NCBI GenBank assembly: GCA_965237525.1
Contig: CBDEFO010000008.1
Location: forward strand, 1,888,001 to 1,952,000
Source of the DNA: Candidatus Latescibacterota bacterium
GTDB lineage: Bacteria > Latescibacterota > CBDEFO01
DNA: 64,000 nucleotides
Reading direction: 5' to 3'
Part shown: in pieces, positions 37,690-46,588 of the stretch
Layout of the letters: every line of letters begins with the position of its first letter
How positions within the stretch are numbered: the stretch's first letter is position 1
Translations under genes and position numbers: made by a program
The notes under the pieces: model-generated
Told to the model about the DNA's origin: nothing
What the model saw: the letters and a program-made list of their open reading frames with translations, nothing else
Database searches by the model: none

Positions 37690-39084
37690 ATGACTGACAT
37701 CTCAGAGAAACAGGATAGTACAGGTTTACAGGCTCCCAGGGTGCTTGTGGTCGGGCCGGAGTCGGAGCATACAAAAGATCTGATCGTGTTCCTAAAGGGA
37801 GAAGGGCTGGAGATCTTATGGGGAAAAGACGGCGAGATGGGGTATAATATACTGGACTCCACTCACATTGATGTTATTGTAACAGAGCTGAAGGTGCACA
37901 GGATAGATGGGATGAACCTGCTGTCAATAGCCAAAAAGAGGAACCCTGAGATATGTGTGATTGTGATAGCTGATGAGGCAAACATAGAGCTTGCCACCGA
38001 GGCGATGCGTCAGGGCGCTTACGATTTTCAGTCCAAGCCTCTAAATTTAGAAAAATTGAAGGCGGTGATAGATAGAGCCATATCGCACCAGCGTCTCGTA
38101 CTGGAGGTGACAGATTTGTATGAGCGGCTGGATGATCGCCTGAGCTTCAGAAACATAGTCGGAAGGTCGAAGGCTATGGGCGAAGTATATGAGAAGATAA
38201 GGCAGGTTGCCCCTTCTCGTGCGACCGTGCTTTTGTGCGGCCAGACAGGGACAGGAAAGGAACTCGTGGCCCAGGCGATCCATCACAACAGCCCGCGGAA
38301 AGACAGTCCGTTTGTGAAATTAAGCTGCTCAGCGCTATCTGAAGGTGTGATCGAAAGCGAACTCTTCGGGCACGAAAAGGGAGCCTTCACAGGAGCCGTA
38401 TCACCCAGGAAGGGCAGGTTCGAGATAGCTGACGGCGGGACGCTCTTCTTAGATGAAGTCGGAGAGATAACCCCTTCAATTCAGGTTAAGCTCTTGAGGG
38501 TCCTTCAAGAGGGCGAGTTCGAAAGGGTGGGAGGAGACATCACACGGAAGGTGAACGTCAGATTGATAGCGTCTACAAACAGGGACCTGGAGGAGATGAT
38601 CCGAAGGGGAGAATACAGAAGAGATCTCTATTATCGTCTGAACGTGGTGACGGTGCATCTCCCGCGGCTGAGGGACAGGAGGGACGATATTCCGCTTCTG
38701 GTGGACGTATTCATAAGGGATTTCAGCGGGGAAAACGGCAAGGATATAACGGGAATTACCAGAGGAGCGATGAATATTCTGATGCAATACGACTGGCCGG
38801 GAAACGTAAGGGAGTTAAAGAACTGCATAGAGGGAATGGTGGTCCTGTCGAAGGAGAAGAGTCGTCTGGAGGTCACAGATCTTCCTGAGCACACAAGGCG
38901 TTCGGGGGCGGCATCTGATGAGGATATTCGTCTGAAGGTCGGAATGACCATGAGGGACATAGAAAAAGAGGCAATTAAGGAGACTCTGAAGCACGTGGGA
39001 TATAACAAGCCTATGGCCGCGGAGCTATTAGGGATAGGCTTAAGGACGCTCTACAGAAAGCAGAAGGAGTACGGAATAGATTGA
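37690..39084 (+). CDS. sigma54-dependent activator (NtrC family) with atypical receiver domain
   Basis: GQTGTGKE, GAFTGA, LFLDE, WPGNVREL, Fis-type HTH. Confidence 0.92.
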   Translation: MTDISEKQDSTGLQAPRVLVVGPESEHTKDLIVFLKGEGLEILWGKDGEMGYNILDSTHIDVIVTELKVHRIDGMNLLSIAKKRNPEICVIVIADEANIELATEAMRQGAYDFQSKPLNLEKLKAVIDRAISHQRLVLEVTDLYERLDDRLSFRNIVGRSKAMGEVYEKIRQVAPSRATVLLCGQTGTGKELVAQAIHHNSPRKDSPFVKLSCSALSEGVIESELFGHEKGAFTGAVSPRKGRFEIADGGTLFLDEVGEITPSIQVKLLRVLQEGEFERVGGDITRKVNVRLIASTNRDLEEMIRRGEYRRDLYYRLNVVTVHLPRLRDRRDDIPLLVDVFIRDFSGENGKDITGITRGAMNILMQYDWPGNVRELKNCIEGMVVLSKEKSRLEVTDLPEHTRRSGAASDEDIRLKVGMTMRDIEKEAIKETLKHVGYNKPMAAELLGIGLRTLYRKQKEYGID

Positions 39085-39129
39085 AGACTTGAAACCTTTA
39101 GAACCATCTGCGTAAAAGTGTTAGCTTAG

Positions 39130-40649
39130 AAGCCTTGTGAAATAGTTATGTCCCAGGCAGCGTCTGAAGCGCCGATTATGGGTCAAAGAGTAGCATATCG
39201 TATCGTTTTGCTGTGGAATAAGCAAAATAGTCTTATCAGAGTTCTGGTCAGCAAGGAATAGGAGCTGTTTGAAGAACAGGATGCACTGTCTTTGACAGAC
39301 AGGGCACACATAGACGCTTTCCCCCTTCTTATGAAAGATACAAGCCTCTTGAGATTCTGTACTGTTGCAACAAGATTCAACTGTTCATTCAGTGAGGCTG
39401 GTCCTCTGTAACGGGCTCGTCCCATACCGTGTTGTTGCCTGGCTTCAGCAAAGATATGTTCACTGCGTTTACGGAGTCTCCGGGAGAGTTTGTAGTCAGC
39501 TGTTAATGAGATAGACCGTGCATGATTTCTGGCTTTTGCCTCTCGCACTTTTCTATCCCGTTCGGCCTGAATATGTGCTGAATTTGTCTTGTTTTTCCAT
39601 GTAGGAATCGGTTCAATCTTCTCATCGGCTCGCAGAGGAATATGGGGTATGATTCCCCGGTCAAGTACATCAGCGATAAAATTACCAGAACCGTAACCGG
39701 TATCGGCACTAAGTGTCTGAATGTCTTTGGGCATGGTGTATGTTTCAAGGTCATCTACCATCTTAAGGGCACTTTCGGGCTCTGCTGTCCCTGTCGCCTG
39801 CGTGCCCTGAGTCTCAAGGATTACTCTGCTTTTTGTGTCGATCAGATCATGGCCCATAAACGAGAGAAAAGCCCCTTTGCCCTTCGATTTGCTGTATAAG
39901 CGCGCGTCGGGGTCTGTAGTCGAACGGTGTGTTTGGTTCGTCCACTTTTCACCATGAAAGTCTTTATCCTGAGGATGCCCGGACCTACCCTTTGTCTTAT
40001 CACCTTCAAAACCGATTCCCTTGAGATAATCATCAAGAGAAACAGGGGGTTCTATCGGCTCAATACTTTTCACTGAAGCATCAGCTTGTATCTGAGTGCC
40101 GTCGACACTAAGGTGTTTACCGCTCACAACACCGACATCTATGCAACACTGGACTACCTGACGCATTATCCGTTCAAACAACCCACTGGATGCCCACTTG
40201 TGATTGCGAAGCTTGTTGATCGTGCTCCTATCCGGAACCGCATCATCAAATGTCTGATGACAAAACAACCGATATGCCGCATGCATCCCCACTTCCTGAC
40301 AGAGCCGATTCTCACTCAAATTATACAGATAGCCAATAAGGATCATTCGAACAACTAATTCAGGATCAATACCGGGTCTGCCATTGTCAGGGCAATAACA
40401 ATCTGATACAACGTCTCGTACAAATGAAAAATCAACTGCCTCATCAATCTGACGAAGGATATGATCCTCGGGAACTAAATCCTCCATCTGAAAATAGTGA
40501 AACATCGGATTTGTCTGTTCCTGCTTTTGTGGGGTCATTGTTTCCTCCATATATAATATTATCAATAACATAATATAATACATCGGAGCTGCTTTATCAA
40601 TGCTTGTTCTATACTACTTTCTGATATCTAAGGGTTTTTCACAAGGCTT
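39130..40649 (-). mobile_element. IS1182-family element, copy 3 (1520 bp)
   Basis: Same IRs; TTAG duplication at 39126-39129 and 40650-40653. Confidence 0.92.
39183..40538 (-). CDS. IS1182-family DDE transposase
   Basis: Near-identical to copies 1 and 2. Confidence 0.9.
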   Translation of the reverse strand: MTPQKQEQTNPMFHYFQMEDLVPEDHILRQIDEAVDFSFVRDVVSDCYCPDNGRPGIDPELVVRMILIGYLYNLSENRLCQEVGMHAAYRLFCHQTFDDAVPDRSTINKLRNHKWASSGLFERIMRQVVQCCIDVGVVSGKHLSVDGTQIQADASVKSIEPIEPPVSLDDYLKGIGFEGDKTKGRSGHPQDKDFHGEKWTNQTHRSTTDPDARLYSKSKGKGAFLSFMGHDLIDTKSRVILETQGTQATGTAEPESALKMVDDLETYTMPKDIQTLSADTGYGSGNFIADVLDRGIIPHIPLRADEKIEPIPTWKNKTNSAHIQAERDRKVREAKARNHARSISLTADYKLSRRLRKRSEHIFAEARQQHGMGRARYRGPASLNEQLNLVATVQNLKRLVSFIRRGKASMCALSVKDSASCSSNSSYSLLTRTLIRLFCLFHSKTIRYATL

Positions 40650-40707
40650 TTAGTGTCTTGGAAAATATTACTACCTTCGAATCGGGATTGGTGGCTGCTT
40701 AATAGAA

Positions 40708-40804
40708 TTGGTGACGGTTGGTGACCGTTTGCATAGAACTTTTGAAAAAACAAATTTTTTGAAAATGTGAACAGTTTATAGTAAAAGGTCACCAAGGTCA
40801 CCAA
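40708..40804. other. iteron-like inverted repeats around an AT-rich core
   Basis: TTGGTGAC x2, then ~62 bp AT-rich, then GTCACCAA x2. Confidence 0.5.
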
Positions 40805-40930
40805 GTGAGCATTTTGGTCCATCATATTACCTTGATCTTTAACTCTTTGGAGCTCTTGATCTCTAACGTCTTGTAAATCTAAATTTCGATCTTCTGCTGA
40901 CCCACCAAGGCTCAAATTAGAAAATCCATT

Positions 40931-42184
40931 TTATCTTACTTCCCCCCACTCAACCTGATTGTATATACGGTTGAACTCCTGGCTGCCGTCGTTCTCGATG
41001 ACTTCCAGAGTAACACCGGGCACAAAGAGAGGTAGGTTGCCCGCGTAGAACGCCTGCTGATAATCCGACTCTCTTGTGAAAGCCCATGTCCTGGCCTCTT
41101 CTCTCCTTGAGCGGGGGGGCCAGCAGATCCTCAGCACCCGGCGCTTTTTGAGGTATTCGTCCTGTGGAGTCGGCGCACCGTCATCCACTCTGTACTTTTC
41201 GAGAGCGTCCTGGTCTATTTCCACACCCAGACCGGGCGCTTCGGGGCAGCGGATATAGCCGTCCTTAACCTCAAGGCGCTCCTTCAACAGGTCGTCTTCA
41301 AAGAGTTCGTGACAGGTGATAGCTGGCCACCGGGCGTGCGAGAGCACTGCGCCAAGATGGACTGTGAAGGCTGTCATAATTCCTGAGCCGACCATCTGGA
41401 GCCAGAAGGATTTATTGGACACGGCAGCAATAGTCCCCTGTCGGATGACGTTACCAGCAGAGCCGCTGATGACGAAGCCGTCGCAGACCTCCTCTTTGAG
41501 CGCGGTCATGATAGGCGGCGTGCCGAAGTGCAGACTGATAGGATGGCTGATCTGACTTCTGATCTGTCTGTAGCCTTCCACATCGGTCTGGGGTATTGGC
41601 GACTCGAAGATAGCCACGTTCTCCCTTTTTTCGAGTTCTTTTAATACAGGAAGGGCGTTGCCCGCGTTGAGGAGGAAGCCGTTGAAGTCCACATCTAACT
41701 TGAAGCTTTCAGGAACGACCTTTGCAATAGCGTCCACCTGCTGGATGATGTCGAACCAGGGCCGGGCCTTCAGCTTGAAAGAAGTATATCCGAGCCGCTG
41801 GGCCTCCTCTGCCTCCTGTGCCCAGTCCTCTGGGGGCATATCTATAGCCCACCAGGAAATGGGACACCAGTCTCGAACTTTCGACCCGATGAGCCGATAT
41901 ACGGGCACGTTCTCCTGTCTTCCTACGGCGTCCAGGATCGCTATTTGAACTGCGGGATTAATAGAATCGTCCCACAGAAGCTCAAACGGGTTCCTCGCGA
42001 CGAGATCCTGTGAATCCGCACCTTGACCATGCATTTCACCGTAGCCGATAACACCGGTGTCCATTCTTACCCGAAAGACGCACACGCGCTCCCCGTGAGT
42101 GCTGGCGCGGTGCATATGGCGCTCTGTCCGCGGGGAGGCAAAGGGCAGATCCAAAGTGAACATCTCAATCTGGTCGATCTTCAT
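40931..42184 (-). CDS. mandelate racemase/muconate lactonizing enzyme family protein
   Basis: FKLKARP (KxK), DFN, FESP, PGLGVEID. Confidence 0.85.
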   Translation of the reverse strand: MKIDQIEMFTLDLPFASPRTERHMHRASTHGERVCVFRVRMDTGVIGYGEMHGQGADSQDLVARNPFELLWDDSINPAVQIAILDAVGRQENVPVYRLIGSKVRDWCPISWWAIDMPPEDWAQEAEEAQRLGYTSFKLKARPWFDIIQQVDAIAKVVPESFKLDVDFNGFLLNAGNALPVLKELEKRENVAIFESPIPQTDVEGYRQIRSQISHPISLHFGTPPIMTALKEEVCDGFVISGSAGNVIRQGTIAAVSNKSFWLQMVGSGIMTAFTVHLGAVLSHARWPAITCHELFEDDLLKERLEVKDGYIRCPEAPGLGVEIDQDALEKYRVDDGAPTPQDEYLKKRRVLRICWPPRSRREEARTWAFTRESDYQQAFYAGNLPLFVPGVTLEVIENDGSQEFNRIYNQVEWGEVR

Positions 42185-42211
42185 GTTTGTCTCTTTCCAA
42201 ATATGTAGTTT

Positions 42212-42647
42212 CTATGACTCTAGAATCTCATAAGGGCTCTTTGTGGGCCATTCAGGAGTGAGTCCCAGGAACATTATGCTTCCTACAAGATGTCTCCTAC
42301 AAGATGCCTCCTACAATAAGGAGCCTGAGTTTTTCTTCCAGGTCGGTATTGTAAACTCTGTGTTCTACGCCTTCTTCATTGTACAGGGCGTCTCCCCCTT
42401 CAAATTCGTGCTTTTGACCTCCCGACTCTATGGTTCCCCGCCCCTGAAGGACATAGTATATCTCTTCACAGTTATGCCTGTGCAGTGGGGAATGCTCCCC
42501 GGGGTCTATCTCCACTATTCCTGCGATCAGCGTCTTGGTATCAACTCCCGTTTCGGGATAGATGAGTTTCCAGTCTTTCACTCCCTTTCTCGCCTCCATC
42601 GGAGCGCCCGATACAAACTCTGATCTCTTGACCACCACTCTGGACAT
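42212..42647 (-). pseudogene. cupin protein truncated by a 14-bp tandem expansion
   Basis: HRHNCEEIYY..HRVYN cupin motifs; three 14-bp units at 42278-42319 create an early TAG; the original tail MFLGLTPEWPTKSPYEILES* lies beyond. Confidence 0.7.
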
Positions 42648-42677
42648 ATGAATACCTCCTGCAGCAATCGTGCGGGG

Positions 42678-42850
42678 TGGGACGAGGTGTCCGTGCTTGG
42701 GGACGAGGTGCCCGTGCCTACTGGGCGAACAGCTGGGTGCGCCCAAGGGGCGAGCGGACCTCGCCCCTACATTCTGTCTCCTATAACCGAGATCGCTTCG
42801 AGATGAACCCCCGATTGTTTCTATCGGGGACGTGTGTCTGCCCCTGGGAC
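42678..42850. repeat. REP-like cluster plus 21-bp palindrome
   Basis: gggacgaggtg(t/c)ccgtgc x2; minus-strand GTAGGGGCGAGGTCCGCTCGCCC; palindrome at 42808-42829. Confidence 0.6.
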
Positions 42851-43023
42851 GACCACTTCGTGGTTTGTTGCCTCCACTCCCCGGCAAAGCTCCCACGGCG
42901 CCTTGCCCCTAAATTCAATCTGCTGCCTTTAAGATGGCCTGAGCAATCTCGGAGGGGATAGGATGTATCCCCTGCCTACCTCTGATTGCATCTCCGATTG
43001 AATCTATGGCGGGCTACTGTGTA

Positions 43024-44202
43024 CTAACCCTGCGGATCGACCCAGCGTCCGTCTGATTTGATGAGCTTGACGAGCTCTTCCACGCCCTTCTCCTGGTCCA
43101 CGCCGGGCTTTATGCACTCTATCCCCCGGTAGAGGGCTATCTGACCACCGGCCTTCCCGACGTAGCCGTAGTCAGCGCCGGCCATCTCGCCCGGGCCGTT
43201 AACGATGCAGCCCATAACCGCAATGTCCAGACCGACGAGGTGATCTGTCGCCGCCCTGACCTTGGCCAGGACCTCCTCCAGGTCAAATTTGGTGCGGCCA
43301 CAGGAGGGGCAGGCGATGAACTCGACCTTCGTGCGACGCAAACCCAGAGCTTGAAGAATGTCGTAGCAGACAGGGATCTCGTTGACCGGGTCTTCCGTAA
43401 GAGAGACACGGATAGTGTCTCCGATGCCCTCCCAGAGGAGTGTGCCGATTCCGGCTGTGGACTTGATCCGGGCGTACTGGCCGTCGCCGGCCTCTGTGAC
43501 GCCCAAATGGAGAGGGTAATCCATCCCTTCCTCGTCCATGCGTTGCACCATGAGCCGGTTGGCCTGGATCATCACGGGCACGCGAGACGCCTTCAGAGAA
43601 ATTACCAGATTCCCGTAATCGTGTCTTTCACAGATCCGTACAAACTCCAGCGCCGACTCGACCATCCCCTCCGGTGTATCGCCGTAGGTGACCATCATGC
43701 GGTCTGAAAGAGAGCCGTGATTTACGCCTATGCGCATGGCTATATCTCGCTCTTTGCACGCCTCTATGACAGGCTTCATCTCCTCCTGGATGGAGCCGAC
43801 GGCCTCCCGGAATTCCTCTTGTGAGTACTCTTCGCCCTCTGTGCGCTTTTGATAGACAAAGAGGCCGGGGTTGACCCGCACCTTGTCCACATGCTTTGCG
43901 GCCTCAAGTGCGATCCGGGAGCCCTGGTGATGAACGTCTGCCACAAGGGGCACCTGGATGCCTATTCGCGTCAGTTCCTCCCTGATTCGACCGAGGCACT
44001 CTGCGTCCCTTAAAGTCGGAGTCGTGACCCGGACGATCTCACAACCGGCTTCGTAAAGGCGGACTATGGATTTTACACAGGCATCTATATTTCGGGTATC
44101 GTCTGTTATCATAGATTGAACGACAATAGGATTATGGCCGCCGATGACGACATCTCCGACCGCCACCTCGCGGGTCCTGCGGCGAGCATAAAGAGTTTCC
44201 AT
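43024..44202 (-). CDS. ispG: HMBPP synthase (cyanobacterial-type)
   Basis: [45 protein letters not shown]. Confidence 0.96.
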   Translation of the reverse strand: METLYARRRTREVAVGDVVIGGHNPIVVQSMITDDTRNIDACVKSIVRLYEAGCEIVRVTTPTLRDAECLGRIREELTRIGIQVPLVADVHHQGSRIALEAAKHVDKVRVNPGLFVYQKRTEGEEYSQEEFREAVGSIQEEMKPVIEACKERDIAMRIGVNHGSLSDRMMVTYGDTPEGMVESALEFVRICERHDYGNLVISLKASRVPVMIQANRLMVQRMDEEGMDYPLHLGVTEAGDGQYARIKSTAGIGTLLWEGIGDTIRVSLTEDPVNEIPVCYDILQALGLRRTKVEFIACPSCGRTKFDLEEVLAKVRAATDHLVGLDIAVMGCIVNGPGEMAGADYGYVGKAGGQIALYRGIECIKPGVDQEKGVEELVKLIKSDGRWVDPQG

Positions 44203-44215
44203 TGACTCTGCACTC

Positions 44216-44299
44216 CTTCGTATCGAACACCAACGAAATTGCCACCGGCAATTTGGGCGAAGGGGCGCATGCCCCGAAGCCGTTAGTGCTCAGTTATGC
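44216..44299 (-). other. attC-like structured remnant
   Basis: GCATAAC, then an 11-bp stem gagcactaacg/cgttggtgttc enclosing two hairpins; R' box degenerate. Confidence 0.35.
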
Positions 44300-44415
44300 A
44301 CTGGCAGCCCCCTTAACCCTTAACAGCAGATGTCCTCAAAGAGAAACCATAAAACAGACGGTATACTTTTCGAAATAGTAAAAAAGGCTTGTTTCAAGAC
44401 GTATGATCTGCCCTT

Positions 44416-45192
44416 CTATAAAGCTTTGAGAACGTAGTACAAATTCTCCAATTCTCCACTTATGTGAGTATCCATCGACACGAATCTGTAGCGCTCATCA
44501 TATATTGCCGCTAGTTTAAACCTGCCAGACTTATGAACAAGACTTGTGAAATCTTCAAAAAACCAAAGCCGTAGCGTATGGCGCTCCTCTAATCGAATCT
44601 CGTTGTCGTGATCATTGATTTCCATTCTGCAAATCTGGTAACTGATCTTTTTCCGCTTATCTTCTCTTTCAATACGCCAGGCTGTTTTTACGCGAATCCC
44701 ATCCCTTTCCATGCTCCATTCGTCTCCGCCGTAGGATTCCGTATCATAAGCACAGCTAAGGTGAAGGATGTAGATTCCATTACTTTTCAGTGATTCACCT
44801 GTATTGACCAAGTGTGAAAGCATATCCTTATCCGAGAGGAGGTATCCTAAACTATTGATTGAATTGAGAGCCGCATCAAAGGTTGCCTCGAATCTTGCTG
44901 ACTTCATGTCTTCTCTTTGAACGGTTGCCACACTCTGCAATCCTGCTTCAGCGATCTTCTTTTGAGCATAGGCGACCATTCGTGGACTACTATCATATCC
45001 TGTTACATGATATCCATATTTGGGCAGACTCCTGAGAAAACGGCCTGTACCGCATGCAGGCTCCAAGATGTGCTTCACTTCAAAGGGAACATATCTCTTG
45101 AAGAGAGTCCCCAAGAACTCAATCTCTTGAGAGATGTCCCAGAAGAAGGCGATATCGTAAATCTCTGGGAGGCTGTATAATTTTGCCTGCAT
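44416..45192 (-). CDS. class I SAM-dependent methyltransferase
   Basis: ILEPACGTGR, GYDSS, EDM motifs. Confidence 0.85.
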   Translation of the reverse strand: MQAKLYSLPEIYDIAFFWDISQEIEFLGTLFKRYVPFEVKHILEPACGTGRFLRSLPKYGYHVTGYDSSPRMVAYAQKKIAEAGLQSVATVQREDMKSARFEATFDAALNSINSLGYLLSDKDMLSHLVNTGESLKSNGIYILHLSCAYDTESYGGDEWSMERDGIRVKTAWRIEREDKRKKISYQICRMEINDHDNEIRLEERHTLRLWFFEDFTSLVHKSGRFKLAAIYDERYRFVSMDTHISGELENLYYVLKAL

Positions 45193-45295
45193 CGTCCTTT
45201 TTTTCCTGTGCTCAAGGAAATCACTCAAAAAGAAAATCTTGGTGATCAACAAGCAAATCTTGAGCTTCTCGCATGTCTTTACTGCATGTGCACAA

Positions 45296-45937
45296 CTATT
45301 TGATAGCTGACATCAGTTTCCTTACAGCCTCACCTCTGTGGCTGATCTTGTTCTTTAGACTTCGATCCATCTGCGCCAGCGTTAGTCCCAGCTCGGGTAT
45401 CAAGAATAGTGGATCGTACCCGAATCCACTCGTTCCTTTTCGTTTTTCTATTATTATCCCCTCCAAGGTCCCCTCTGCCGTCGCCGTATCTCCAGAAGGA
45501 TAACAGAGCGCAACCACGCACTTAAACTGAGCTGTCCTTTCCTTTAAGGGCACGTCTTTGATCATTTGCAATAGCTTCGCGTTGTTTTCATCGTCTGTGG
45601 CATCTTCTCCCGCAAAGCGGGAGGACATAACGCCGGGCGCACCGCACAGGGCGTCCACCTCAAGCCCCGAATCGTCAGCCAACGCGGGCATATTCAGATG
45701 CTCAGATAGGGCCTTTGCCTTCTTTATAGCGTTCTCTTTGAAAGTAGCGCCGTCCTCCTCTATCTGGGGGATGCCCGAAAAATCGGCCAGGGAAAGTATA
45801 TCGCACCGGGAGCCCAAAATCTGCGCGATCTCCCCAATCTTTTCTCTATTTTTTGTCGCCAAAACGAGACGGAGCCGCCCTCCCCGATTGCTTCTATCGG
45901 GGATCAATCGTGGGTCGACCTTTTTTCCTTTCTCCAT
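45296..45937 (-). CDS. rdgB: non-canonical purine NTP pyrophosphatase
   Basis: ATKN..K, EDGATFKENA, DDSGL, GFGYDP, KNKISHR. Confidence 0.95.
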   Translation of the reverse strand: MEKGKKVDPRLIPDRSNRGGRLRLVLATKNREKIGEIAQILGSRCDILSLADFSGIPQIEEDGATFKENAIKKAKALSEHLNMPALADDSGLEVDALCGAPGVMSSRFAGEDATDDENNAKLLQMIKDVPLKERTAQFKCVVALCYPSGDTATAEGTLEGIIIEKRKGTSGFGYDPLFLIPELGLTLAQMDRSLKNKISHRGEAVRKLMSAIK

Positions 45938-45997
45938 AGAGAATCCAATCAGAAATGGGCGTTTCTGGCGTATTGAGAATGGTTCGCCTTAAATGAC

Positions 45998-46032
45998 AGA
46001 CGGGGGACGTAATCCCCCGTCTTCTTTCCTTT
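45998..46032. terminator. hairpin, intrinsic terminator-like
   Basis: AGACGGGGGA-cgtaa-TCCCCCGTCT followed by T-rich tail. Confidence 0.5.
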
Positions 46033-46061
46033 TGCGGTCTATAGAAATTAGGCGCGAAGAT

Positions 46062-46331
46062 TCAAATGTGACGTTCTTCGCTAAAATAGGTCGCTGATGA
46101 ACTTTCATGATGGTCCAGCGTGATCAATCCATCGGTCGCCGGAATTTTAAGGTGAATTATCCAGCCCTCGATCTTCTTGCCTCTGATGTGTACAGTCTTA
46201 CGTTCCTTTTTTAATACCACGGCGTCGTCCCTGAGCGCTGCCATGGTCCTATCATCCTTGTCGTCTATACAGAAATAGGAATGAATCTTCCAGTCTCTTA
46301 TATTCTCATTGGCTTCGGCGTTATCAGACAT
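46062..46331 (-). CDS. hypothetical protein
   Basis: AGAGG RBS and plausible composition; no recognised motif. Confidence 0.5.
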   Translation of the reverse strand: MSDNAEANENIRDWKIHSYFCIDDKDDRTMAALRDDAVVLKKERKTVHIRGKKIEGWIIHLKIPATDGLITLDHHESSSATYFSEERHI

Positions 46332-46588
46332 AGCAGACACCTCTTTTCAGAACTGCGCTGGAGTTTGAATCTCCTGTAAAAACAGCTCATTATCGTTCAA
46401 ACTATCCTTTTAATCGTCATCATCAACCGCGATGGCCTCTCTTTAGGGGCCTGTGCTTTAAGATTTGCCCAAACGAAAGCCCCTTGTGCCGATTACGCAA
46501 GGCGGCTCTCGCCCCAGTCATTCACCGCTGCCCTTACCGGCGCAATTCCATTTAAAGAAAGTCACGTTGTCACCTGCCGCTGTCTATT

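Noticed and set aside
35276..40649. Composite transposon carrying cdaA and the NtrC-like gene
   Set aside because: Each IS has its own matched target duplication (TTAA vs TTAG), indicating independent insertions
42648..42896. N-terminal extension of the cupin ORF
   Set aside because: It is translated REP/palindrome DNA; a GGAGG RBS precedes the ATG at 42647
46400..46580. c-di-GMP-I-like riboswitch upstream of the 46331 gene
   Set aside because: Only fragmentary resemblance; the GAAA-capped stem is absent. An Rfam scan would be needed
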